A DNA stretch of 64,000 bases from assembly GCA_016201275.1 (NCBI GenBank), contig JACQDB010000043.1:339-64338 (forward strand), given 5' to 3'. The stretch comes from Acidobacteriota bacterium. Lineage in GTDB: Bacteria; Acidobacteriota; Blastocatellia; UBA7656. Shown here in pieces: positions 50,746 to 59,450 of this stretch. Below the pieces are notes generated by a model. That model saw nothing but the letters and a program-made list of their open reading frames with translations. It did not search any database and was not told the origin of the DNA. How positions within the stretch are numbered: the first letter of the stretch is position 1; each line of letters starts with the position of its first letter. Both the position numbers and the translations under genes were made by a program.

Positions 50746-51990
50746 CTACCTGCGCGTGAGCGACCAGAGATGGGCACAGGAGATTTTCAGCAAGCGCCAG
50801 AAGCCCACCAGAAAGGGCAAGGGGTCGCTCCAGGCGAAGATCGTCAGCTTCGCACCGTAGAGCGATTGCAGCCAGCGCCAGAGGTTGAGCGCGCCGAATT
50901 TTCGGTAGGCAAAATAGGCTTGAATCTCCCACTCTTCATTCACACATTTAACTTGTGGTCGGAAGGGCATACTCTCTAAACCATCGGGATCGGCAGCCGT
51001 CAGGTACTGGTAACCCATCCACGGAAAATCCACTCCGGCGCTGATCGCCATTTGATTGCTGGCGGCGCTGCGCGGATTGATTTCCATCAGGCGATAGCTG
51101 CCATCGCGTGCGTCATACTTGAACTCGATGTTGACCAAGCCGGTGTAATTAAAGGCGCGCAAAAGGCGACGGCTCAACTCCGCCACTTCGGGCGCTGCCA
51201 CGGTACGCTGTAGCGATCCGTCACCAAAATAGGGCGGCGACTGACGCAGTTTCTGCTTCGTCAGCCAGGCACGTTCGCGCCCTTGGGCATCCCAGAATCC
51301 CAGATAGCCATACAACGCCGTATCCGCGCCGGGAATGATCTCTTGGATCATAAAACGCAGATTGCCGACCGTCAGGCGTTCATAAGCTGTCAGCAACGCT
51401 GGCGGCGAATCAACGATGAGAACCTTTTGCTTGTCTAATCGCTGGCGACCTTGGTAGGAAGTATAAGGCTTGAGCAGACAGGGATAGACAAGCTGCGACG
51501 CCAGGTCGCGCAACTCGTCAAAAGATTCGGGGAACCAAGTCAGAGGAAGCCTCAGCCCCGCCGCTTGAGCAAGGCCGTATTGCGAGCGTTTGTTGACAAT
51601 CTGTTCCACGCTTTCCGATGGCGGTATCAGGAAACGAAACGATGACCGCAGCAACTCTCTATGCTGCGACACCCATAAACAATGAGCGTCCGAAGTGGCA
51701 AACAGCACCGCAGGCGAATCCAGACGCGACGCCACAAAGTCCAGCGCCGCCAGCCACTCCGGCGGGTGTGCGTCAGTCGCAGGCAGCAACAGCACTTTGC
51801 CGTAGCGCGTAAAGGCTCCGAGGAAAGGCTCGCTGTCGAGCAATAGCGTCGGGATGCCGCGTCTTCCCAAGCTGCGGACAAAACTCAGGCCGTTGACCGA
51901 AGCTCCAAGAATAATGGCCGGAGCTTTTTTGTCGCGGCACTGCCGGAGCCAGCGTTCAAGCTTGTGTGTGATTCGAGAAGACAAGTTCAC
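50746..51990 (-). CDS. ATP-grasp ligase (D-aspartate ligase/carboxylate-amine ligase-like)
   Basis: GAGGAGG before GTG 51990; NGLSFVRSLGRRG, YPCLLKP, QEIIPG, EFKYDARDG...MEINPR. Confidence 0.85.
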   Translation of the reverse strand: MNLSSRITHKLERWLRQCRDKKAPAIILGASVNGLSFVRSLGRRGIPTLLLDSEPFLGAFTRYGKVLLLPATDAHPPEWLAALDFVASRLDSPAVLFATSDAHCLWVSQHRELLRSSFRFLIPPSESVEQIVNKRSQYGLAQAAGLRLPLTWFPESFDELRDLASQLVYPCLLKPYTSYQGRQRLDKQKVLIVDSPPALLTAYERLTVGNLRFMIQEIIPGADTALYGYLGFWDAQGRERAWLTKQKLRQSPPYFGDGSLQRTVAAPEVAELSRRLLRAFNYTGLVNIEFKYDARDGSYRLMEINPRSAASNQMAISAGVDFPWMGYQYLTAADPDGLESMPFRPQVKCVNEEWEIQAYFAYRKFGALNLWRWLQSLYGAKLTIFAWSDPLPFLVGFWRLLKISCAHLWSLTRR

Positions 51991-52099
51991 TGATCTGGTT
52001 CCCTCCTCGAAATAAATTTGACGGTCGCCAGGCAAGTGCGATGAGCGTCGTAATCGGTTATGGGTTGCTGCAACCTGAAATCCGGCGACCTCACGCCGA

Positions 52100-53569
52100 T
52101 CAATTTGGCGACTCCTCAAGTGCCAGAACTTCGGGTCGCAAAGCTCGTCGCATTCGTGTCAATTCGCCTGCGGTGACAATTCGGAGCGCCAACAGTAAGC
52201 CGACATAGCCAATGATGAAAACGGCAAACAGCGCGACATTAACTTGCCAACTTGAACGCAGCCAGACCAGCGGCAGAAACAGCGCTCCCGGCAAAATGAC
52301 GGCGACCCAATGCCGCAGCGAATACCCGACCACACGGCGCATACGAAAGGTGAAGTAGCCGCCGTACCAAGCACCGGCAAGCAGCACCGCTAGACATCCG
52401 GCAAAGCTGCCCTGCCAGGCAATCAGCGGCAAGCCAACGCCCCAGAAACTGACGATCTGAAGCACAGCGGCTTGCCCGGCGATGCCCGGTTTATTGTAAG
52501 TCAAGGCCAGCAGCCGCGCCACGCTAGACAACGCCAGCGCCAACAACGCCAACATCAAAGGCCACACATTGTCGGCCACCGGCAAGTAAGCCGCGCCAAA
52601 CACCAGCGGCACCAAATCACGCGCCAAAAGCAACGCGCCGAAGGTGGCGACTACGCCAAGCACCGCCATCCACTTGAGCAGGCGCTCAACCCAGCGTTTG
52701 ATCTCCGCGCTGTTGCCTTGCGCCAACAAAGAACTGAGCAAAGGAGCAAAGGCCATGGTCGGTTGCCACAAGGCTTGTCCGGCAACCAGGTAGGCTTTAT
52801 AAGCCAGCCCGAAATAACCGACCTGGGCATAATCGCCGGACGCCACGCGCACCAGCAACTCGCCGCTCAACAGGGAAATGGTCAGCAACAGATTGCTGGC
52901 AAAAAATGATAGGCTGAAGCGCAGGTAAGGAGAAAGGTACTGGAAGTCGAAACGCAAATTCGACCACGACAGATACGGCGCAGCCCACACCATGCCGACC
53001 ACTAGCGTCAACAGTTCTGCCAGCATCAAGCCCAAACCTGCGCCGCGCAAACCGCCGAAATAAAAACCGGGAACCAGAAACATCAAGCTCAACCACTGGC
53101 GCAAAATCTCGCCCATCCCCCAACGCGCCGCCTGATTGAGTCCCAAAAAGAAAGCAAACAACAGCTTGCTGCTGGTCTGTAGGCAGATGCTGAGGGCGAC
53201 GAACACCAGCATCAGAGTGTCGAGTTCACCAAACCATAAAGCTGTAAACAGCAGATATGTCACCGCCGCCAGCAGCCCGTTTGACAAGCGCGCTGCCAGC
53301 AGGTTGCCTAAAAATTTCTCTATCCCTGAGCGATCCTTGGCAAGCACCAAAGGCGGGATGAAGCGACTCATGACCTGGGCTGAACTCAGACTGCTGAAGA
53401 TGACAAACCACATCGCCAGAGAGGTAATCAAAGCATAGCGACCAAAGATCTGCGGCCCCATCAAACGCGGCAGCAACAGCGCCATCAACATCCCTCCGGT
53501 GAGGTTTACGCCTCGTTGCGCCAGCAACAGTCCGACATTGCGGACAGTAGTTTGTGCTTCACTGATCAT
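52100..53569 (-). CDS. Wzx/MurJ-like polysaccharide flippase (MOP superfamily)
   Basis: About 12-14 TM segments; RN.......LPRLMGP..FGRY; QVGYFGLA; LVFGAAYL. Confidence 0.85.
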   Translation of the reverse strand: MISEAQTTVRNVGLLLAQRGVNLTGGMLMALLLPRLMGPQIFGRYALITSLAMWFVIFSSLSSAQVMSRFIPPLVLAKDRSGIEKFLGNLLAARLSNGLLAAVTYLLFTALWFGELDTLMLVFVALSICLQTSSKLLFAFFLGLNQAARWGMGEILRQWLSLMFLVPGFYFGGLRGAGLGLMLAELLTLVVGMVWAAPYLSWSNLRFDFQYLSPYLRFSLSFFASNLLLTISLLSGELLVRVASGDYAQVGYFGLAYKAYLVAGQALWQPTMAFAPLLSSLLAQGNSAEIKRWVERLLKWMAVLGVVATFGALLLARDLVPLVFGAAYLPVADNVWPLMLALLALALSSVARLLALTYNKPGIAGQAAVLQIVSFWGVGLPLIAWQGSFAGCLAVLLAGAWYGGYFTFRMRRVVGYSLRHWVAVILPGALFLPLVWLRSSWQVNVALFAVFIIGYVGLLLALRIVTAGELTRMRRALRPEVLALEESPN

Positions 53570-53615
53570 TAAGTGTTCATCAAGCCTGTTGATTTACCCT
53601 TGGTTGAAGGCAATC

Positions 53616-54140
53616 TCATCTCCCCAGCCAATGCCCTAACCACCCGCCGTACAGACTGGCCCCAGGATCGAGTATGGATACGCCATAGACGAAACCAGCG
53701 ATTCCCGCAGCGATGACCATCGGCTTCAACCAGCCTTCAGAGTGCTGCCGCAAATACCACAGCGTGTACAAGGGAAGGGCGACAAGAAAGCCCAAAAAAT
53801 AGAGCAGCGCCAACATTGCCAGCAGCCAGAAAAAGGCTTGACGCTCGCGGTCGCCTTGCCGCCTTTCCATATCCTCCTTCTCCATTTGTTGGCTGGCTTG
53901 TTTGCGTAACGGTTCAACCTGGAACAAATCTTTTTGCTCCCATCGGCGATAGGCTTGTGCCAGACCAGGCCGCATATCCATCAGCAATTGAACGAGCAAC
54001 AACAGCAGCGTTGGCAGCACCACAGCCAACGGCACCATACGCGCTACGCGCCCCAGCCCCAAGGTAAAACCGAATATCACAAGGGCAAAAGCCAATAACC
54101 CAAAAGTGAACCAGGCTCTTTGCTTGAACCTCAGCCTCAA
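53616..54140 (-). CDS. tctB: Tripartite tricarboxylate transporter small subunit (TctB-like)
   Basis: Four TM segments, LGFLVALPLY; start overlaps the tctA stop. Confidence 0.75.
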   Translation of the reverse strand: MRLRFKQRAWFTFGLLAFALVIFGFTLGLGRVARMVPLAVVLPTLLLLLVQLLMDMRPGLAQAYRRWEQKDLFQVEPLRKQASQQMEKEDMERRQGDRERQAFFWLLAMLALLYFLGFLVALPLYTLWYLRQHSEGWLKPMVIAAGIAGFVYGVSILDPGASLYGGWLGHWLGR

Positions 54141-55651
54141 CGCTTTTCTGCCCTCCTTGCTCGCAACGCCTGAATATAGGGCAAGGTCAAAGTGGCTACG
54201 GTTAGCGCCATCAGCGACAAAGTAACCGGGCGCGTCCAGAAGTTGATGCGCCCAAGCTGATGCAGCCGTATGGTGATGTGCAGATTGCTTTCAAACAACG
54301 GCCCTAACACTAGCGCAATCACCAGAGGGATGCGCGGCCAGTCGTACTTTTTCATGCCGTAGCCGAGGACGCCAAACAGGAAAGCGACAGCGACATCTTC
54401 AATTCGGCCTTTGTAAAGATAGGCACCCAAAGCGGCGAGCGCAAAAATAATTGGCGCAAGCAACTCGGTGCGAATGACCGTCAGTTTCGCCAACGGCTTA
54501 ACCATCGCTACGCCGAGAATGGAGGTCAGCCAGTTGGACAGGAACAAGGACCAGATCAACACAAAGACCAGGGTCAGATGCTGGGTCATCAATTCTTTTC
54601 CGGGAGCCAGCCCGTGCAAAGTGAGCGCCCCCAACAGCAGAGCGGTGCCTTCATTGCCGGGTATGCCAAATGCCAGCGTTGGCACCAGTGACGCGCCGTC
54701 TTTGGCATCGTGAGCCGCCTCCGGCGCAATGACGCCACGAATATCGCCATGACCGAAGTTTTCTCGATGGGTGCGTGCCGTCAACACCGCCTGTCCGTAA
54801 GCGACAAAACTGGCGACCGTGCCGCCGACCGCAGGAATCATGCCGATGACCGTACCGATAAGCGAACTGCGTAGGAACAATCCGAAGTTTTGAAAGACCG
54901 CTAAAACCCCTTCTCGAAGCGAGCCGCCCAACTCTTCCAAGTGGTGCTTGCCGGAGATCGTTCCTTTGCCCGTCACCGATAACGTGGTGATTTCAGCAAT
55001 GGCAAAAAGACCCAATAAAATCGGCACTAATCCGAGTTTGTCTTGCAGATAGAGGCTGCCGAAGGTGTAGCGCAGTTCGGCGGTCTGCGGATCAACGCCG
55101 ATAAAGCTAATCAGGAAACCGATCCCGGCGGCGGCCAGTCCTTTGATTACCGAGCCGCGCGTAATTGTCACAATGGTCGCCAACCCCCAGATTGCCAGCA
55201 TCAGAAATTCCGCCGAGCCGAATATCAAAATCGCTCCGCGCATAAACGGTATCAAGAGAATCAGCGCGACGATTCCAAAGGTTGAACCCAGCGCCGAAGA
55301 GGTGGCGGAACAGCCTATAGCGGTGCGCGCTTTCCCCTGTTGCGCCATCGGATGACCGTCAATCATGGTGGCGGTGCTGGGCGTAGTGCCAGGAATATTG
55401 AAGAGGATTGCGGTCACCGAACCCATGAAGGTCGCGCCGCCAACAAAAGCCCCAAAAAGCAGCATAATCGGCAGCGGCTCCCATTTGAGGGTGAAGGAAA
55501 TCGCCAACGCCATCAGGGTAAAACCGCTGATGCCGGGGACGAAAGCGAAGAGCATCGCCAACAACGTACCGATGATTGGATAAATAATATTGGGCCAGGA
55601 AAAGACCAGCAGAAAGGCTTCCCAGGCGGCTTGCAGTACGGGTTCTAACAT
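54137..55651 (-). CDS. tctA: Tripartite tricarboxylate transporter permease TctA
   Basis: AILFNIPGT....T..DG.PMA..G.A, FG.G.IRGVIAPEAA, LVPTLAFGIPG. Confidence 0.92.
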   Translation of the reverse strand: MLEPVLQAAWEAFLLVFSWPNIIYPIIGTLLAMLFAFVPGISGFTLMALAISFTLKWEPLPIMLLFGAFVGGATFMGSVTAILFNIPGTTPSTATMIDGHPMAQQGKARTAIGCSATSSALGSTFGIVALILLIPFMRGAILIFGSAEFLMLAIWGLATIVTITRGSVIKGLAAAGIGFLISFIGVDPQTAELRYTFGSLYLQDKLGLVPILLGLFAIAEITTLSVTGKGTISGKHHLEELGGSLREGVLAVFQNFGLFLRSSLIGTVIGMIPAVGGTVASFVAYGQAVLTARTHRENFGHGDIRGVIAPEAAHDAKDGASLVPTLAFGIPGNEGTALLLGALTLHGLAPGKELMTQHLTLVFVLIWSLFLSNWLTSILGVAMVKPLAKLTVIRTELLAPIIFALAALGAYLYKGRIEDVAVAFLFGVLGYGMKKYDWPRIPLVIALVLGPLFESNLHITIRLHQLGRINFWTRPVTLSLMALTVATLTLPYIQALRARRAEKR

Positions 55652-55694
55652 TGAGTTACTCAGCGTCTTTCGGAGTCTTCACTCATTTTGATTT

Positions 55695-55951
55695 GTAACA
55701 ACCCAGCCAGTGCTTGCGGCTATGCCGCTTTGAGGTGCGGAGAGGCTATGCCTTTCCGTAAACGGCGCTCCCCACTCTCGCGGCTGCGCCGCCTGTGGGC
55801 TTCTGCCGCCAAGCTTTTCTGAGGCGCAGCCTCCGGTGCGGCGCAGCCGCGAAAAAGGAGAGCCAACCGAACGGAGAGTCACAGACTCTCCGCACCTCAA
55901 AGCGGCATAGCCGCACAGCATTCAACTCTCACAACAAGGCTGGGTAGTTAC
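55695..55951. mobile_element. MITE-like element, TIR GTAACWACCCAGCC
   Basis: gtaacaacccagcc ... ggctgggtagttac with nested internal inverted repeats; homologous to 57128-57327. Confidence 0.82.
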
Positions 55952-55977
55952 TTTGCCTTTTTACTTTTGCCTTACTT

Positions 55978-57120
55978 TTAGGCTCTGATTTTGCGTATCG
56001 CGTCTTGAATTATCGGTATAAATATTTCAGCCTGCACCGCCGCCGCTTGCAGGTCTGACAACGCTTCATCGGCTCTTGCCACATCAAGCGAGCGCTTGGC
56101 TTTGGCGGCTGCCGCTTGCAATTGCGTATCGGTCAGCGTTTCGTAGAGGCTCTGTTCCAGACAACGAAATAAATCCGCTGGCAGATTCGGCGGAGCCGCA
56201 ACGAGCAAACCTGCGCCGATCAATTTTGCCAGCGCAAGAGCATCTGCGTCGCTTTGCCGAGGGTCGCGTCCCAATTCAACAGCGCGACGAGCTACAATGC
56301 CTTCCGTGCCACAAAGCACGGCAACCCCATCCAGCGCAGTGTGCGACGAGAGTCTTTGCGGACTGATTTGCAAGAGGGCGCGCAAATCCTGCGCCTCCAA
56401 GCGGTCGAGTACGGACTCGAAGCTGAAGGAGACCACATCCACTTCGCCACGCATGGCGGCAAGCGCAGTTTCGCGGCTTCCCGCAAAACCTGCAAGGTAC
56501 GCCGTATTGATTCCCAAAAGCTGCGCTGCCACCGCGCTAGTGACAAAAGTGGTGCTGCCGACTTCGGACATACCAAAAACAATCGGTCTTTTCTGCGACT
56601 CCGCCAGCACGTCTTCCAGATTGCGAAAAGGAGAATTGCCCGCTGTTGTCCATACTACTTGATTACGCGCCAAGCGTCCCAAAATGGTGAAGTCCGTTGC
56701 CGGATTGGGGATGTTGTGCGCGCCGGTCAATGCCGCCACCATCAGCCCAGGCGCGTTCAATATGCCCAGCGTCAAACCATCGGGTAAGCTCCCTTTGAGC
56801 TTATTGGCAGAGATGACGCCCCCGGCTCCGGAAGTATTTTCAATGACAATTTCTGCGCCGGTCTTTTTCTGATAAAACGGCTCCAGCAATCGCGCATAGA
56901 TGTCATAGCCGCCGCCTGCCGGAAACGGCACCAGCCAACGCACCTGCTTGCCTGTCAATGGCGAACACGGAGTTTGACGGATGGCTTTCGGTGAACACCC
57001 GGTGTGAGTGAACAAAAACGCGCCGCCGCCGACAATGCCTAAACGCTTTGTCATCTCGCGCCGGGAAATTTTTGCTGACCGGGATGGCCGCATTTTGCGT
57101 CGCTGTTCTTTATATGTCAT
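55978..57120 (-). CDS. tctC: Tripartite tricarboxylate transporter substrate-binding protein (TctC/Bug), possible Tat lipoprotein
   Basis: VPFPAGGGYDIYAR, VIENTSGAGG, AMRGEVD; N-terminal SRR and ...HTGC. Confidence 0.88.
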   Translation of the reverse strand: MTYKEQRRKMRPSRSAKISRREMTKRLGIVGGGAFLFTHTGCSPKAIRQTPCSPLTGKQVRWLVPFPAGGGYDIYARLLEPFYQKKTGAEIVIENTSGAGGVISANKLKGSLPDGLTLGILNAPGLMVAALTGAHNIPNPATDFTILGRLARNQVVWTTAGNSPFRNLEDVLAESQKRPIVFGMSEVGSTTFVTSAVAAQLLGINTAYLAGFAGSRETALAAMRGEVDVVSFSFESVLDRLEAQDLRALLQISPQRLSSHTALDGVAVLCGTEGIVARRAVELGRDPRQSDADALALAKLIGAGLLVAAPPNLPADLFRCLEQSLYETLTDTQLQAAAAKAKRSLDVARADEALSDLQAAAVQAEIFIPIIQDAIRKIRA

Positions 57121-57127
57121 ATAAGAG

Positions 57128-57327
57128 GTAACTACCCAGTCAGTGCTTGCGGCGGTGCCGCTATGATGTGCGGATAGGCTAAACCTTTCCGTAAGCTACG
57201 TCTCCCAACTCTCGCGGCTGCGCCGCGAAGAAAGAGCGCCAGTTCACCGGAGAGTCGCAGACTCTCCGCACCTCAAAGCGGCACCGCCGCACAGAATTCA
57301 ACCCTCACAAAAAGGCTGGGTAGTTAC
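57128..57327. mobile_element. MITE-like element, second copy
   Basis: gtaactacccagtc ... ggctgggtagttac; shares cagactctccgcacctcaaagcggca with the 55695 copy. Confidence 0.82.
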
Positions 57328-57357
57328 TATATAGCGGCTTGCAGATGTGTGCGATTT

Positions 57358-57409
57358 GTTGAGAGGCGGTCTGTGACCGCCGTGCTGTGGTCACAGACTG
57401 CCTCTCAAC
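57358..57409. repeat. Hairpin, REP-like or terminator
   Basis: gttgagaggcggtctgtgacc ... ggtcacagactgcctctcaac. Confidence 0.7.
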
Positions 57410-57499
57410 TAGGTGTCGTGGGTCGCAGGCAAATGAAATTCGCTATAAGAAACACGAGAAGCGAGGTTGGAGTAGCGCCTTGAAACGATGGCGCACGCT

Positions 57500-59149
57500 T
57501 CAAACCTTCGCGCCTTTCGAGCGGTTCGCCAGATGCAAAGGCATGAGCTTGCCGCGCCCTGTCCATACCGGTTTTTGGCGTTTCACGCGCAGCGCCTTCG
57601 CCTGTTTCCAGATGGCGCTTGCCGAATCTGCGCCGACGCTGCTCTTCTCCATCGCCGCCAACACGGCGTCAATGACTGCCGCTTCATCGGCAATTTCAAG
57701 GCGCGGATTGACCAACAGAGAAAGCCGCGTGAAGCCTTGTTCATCCTCTTCTTCCATCAACTGATAATCCAGCGCACTGCCGCCGAATCGCGTGGGTAAA
57801 ACTTCTTCCAGTATGTGAACCATCTCGCTGCCAACCAAAGTTACGCCTTCGCCGGTCAGCTTGCTGAAACTGCGAATATCGCGCAGGTGTTCGCTAAAAC
57901 CAAGTTCTTCAAGAGGGCATCCGCAGGCGCGGTTTTCCACAATACCATAATCATCTATCTCTACATTGAGCATCAATTTCGGAGCCGTCAATAAAAGCGC
58001 GGTGACGTTGAACGCTTCAACAATAATTTCCGAATCCTGTATCGCTCTGGGTTTTTGAATAACCGCGAAAGCGTCTGTGAGCAAATGCAGGTCGTTGCAA
58101 GCGGTCGGCTTGGCGCAGCCCATGCCTATGCGTCCGGCTTCGGCTAAACCGTAAGTCGGAAAGTAGCGCGCCCCTGTGCTTTCTATGCCTTTGACTTTTG
58201 CCGCAGTCGGCGGTTCTCCGGCAATCATAAACGTCGCGCCGGTCAAATCCAATCCGGCTTCCTGCGCCGCTACGCAAACCCGCAAGGCGCGACTGACCGG
58301 CGATAAAATCAGGCAAGCGCCATGCGTCTGCAAAGTTTCGCTTGCCCAACGCGCCACCACGATGGCGTCTTCTATGCCAACCATTTCCGGCCACGGCAAA
58401 GGCTTGCCAAACACGCGCCCCAAGACCACTGTGGTGTAAGTTGCCAGATGGTATTTATATTTGAGCGAGGCTTTGAGGTTTGCCGTAACTATTGGCGAAA
58501 ACCAGCGCTGCGGATACCTGCCCAGATGCGCCGCCCTGAGCAGATTGTTGATGCCGCTGCCATCAGGCAGTATGCCGCGCCACAAAGCCGTTGGCACGTC
58601 CAAAACTCCATGCGCCTGCCGCGCCAACATCAAGTGGGTGGACTGCGCCGCCAGATGGTCGAGGTCGGTTTCGACTCGGGTTTGCGCTCCCGTCGTGCCG
58701 CCGCTTGCAGTGATATAGGAACGGCTTAAAAAAGGATTATCGAAACTGTGTGGATGGAGCGCAATCATCTGTCCGCCGCGCACCAAGGGCTTGCGCCCCT
58801 TGAACTCCTCGAAGCTGATATAAACACCGGCATCGCGCAAATGATGCAAGGTCTTTTCCAGACCTTTGGCGCGCAGCAGATTTTTTATATCGCCGATTTC
58901 GCAGTCCGCCAGTTTCAACAACGGCAAGTAAGGGCTTGGGGCATAATTGAAAATGCCGCGCTCAAGCAGGCGTAAAAAGTTGGCTTCGCGTTCGGCCAAG
59001 CGTCGTTCAATCACGGCGCGAGCGTCGTCAAGCGTAAGCGGATGGCGCAAGAACCCCCGCAATCCCCACGCAAAGCGCGAGAACATTTTCATCTCACCAA
59101 TAAAACTCATAAATGCTTTTGACAGGAATAATCGTATCGTCTCAATCAT
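57500..59149 (-). CDS. Divergent adenylate-forming (ANL; PaaK/F390-synthetase-like) ligase
   Basis: ASGGTTG P-loop, AGEP, TYGLAEAG, EIDDYG, CGCP; alternative start at 59092. Confidence 0.7.
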   Translation of the reverse strand: MIETIRLFLSKAFMSFIGEMKMFSRFAWGLRGFLRHPLTLDDARAVIERRLAEREANFLRLLERGIFNYAPSPYLPLLKLADCEIGDIKNLLRAKGLEKTLHHLRDAGVYISFEEFKGRKPLVRGGQMIALHPHSFDNPFLSRSYITASGGTTGAQTRVETDLDHLAAQSTHLMLARQAHGVLDVPTALWRGILPDGSGINNLLRAAHLGRYPQRWFSPIVTANLKASLKYKYHLATYTTVVLGRVFGKPLPWPEMVGIEDAIVVARWASETLQTHGACLILSPVSRALRVCVAAQEAGLDLTGATFMIAGEPPTAAKVKGIESTGARYFPTYGLAEAGRIGMGCAKPTACNDLHLLTDAFAVIQKPRAIQDSEIIVEAFNVTALLLTAPKLMLNVEIDDYGIVENRACGCPLEELGFSEHLRDIRSFSKLTGEGVTLVGSEMVHILEEVLPTRFGGSALDYQLMEEEDEQGFTRLSLLVNPRLEIADEAAVIDAVLAAMEKSSVGADSASAIWKQAKALRVKRQKPVWTGRGKLMPLHLANRSKGAKV

Positions 59150-59221
59150 TCGGGGGACAGAAAGTTAGAGAAGGTTTGGCGTACCGCGCAACAGGGCGGA
59201 AGATCACGATGGCGAAAGATT

Positions 59222-59388
59222 CCGCTTGAAGGCTACTGCCATGAAGTGAAGGGAATCTTTGAACCACGAAGACCACCAAGAGCACGAAGCGATTAAACAA
59301 AACTCGGTTTTTCCTGTTTCGTGTTCTTCGTGTCCTTCGTGGTGAAAAGAATCTCATGCTTCACTTCATGCCATTAGCCTTCAGGCGG
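59222..59388. repeat. Nested inverted-repeat element with inner 9-mer tandem arms
   Basis: Outer ccgcttgaaggcta..catgaagtgaag / cttcacttcatg..tagccttcaggcgg; inner accacgaagaccaccaagagcacgaa / ttcgtgttcttcgtgtccttcgtggt. Confidence 0.8.
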
Positions 59389-59450
59389 TACTCCAAACTC
59401 CCCGAAGTATTGAGACGATACGAAAAATCAGACCTCTCTCTTTACCACTC

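Noticed and set aside
50509-50979. 156-aa plus-strand ORF
   Set aside because: Overlaps the ATP-grasp gene antisense and lacks protein-family features.
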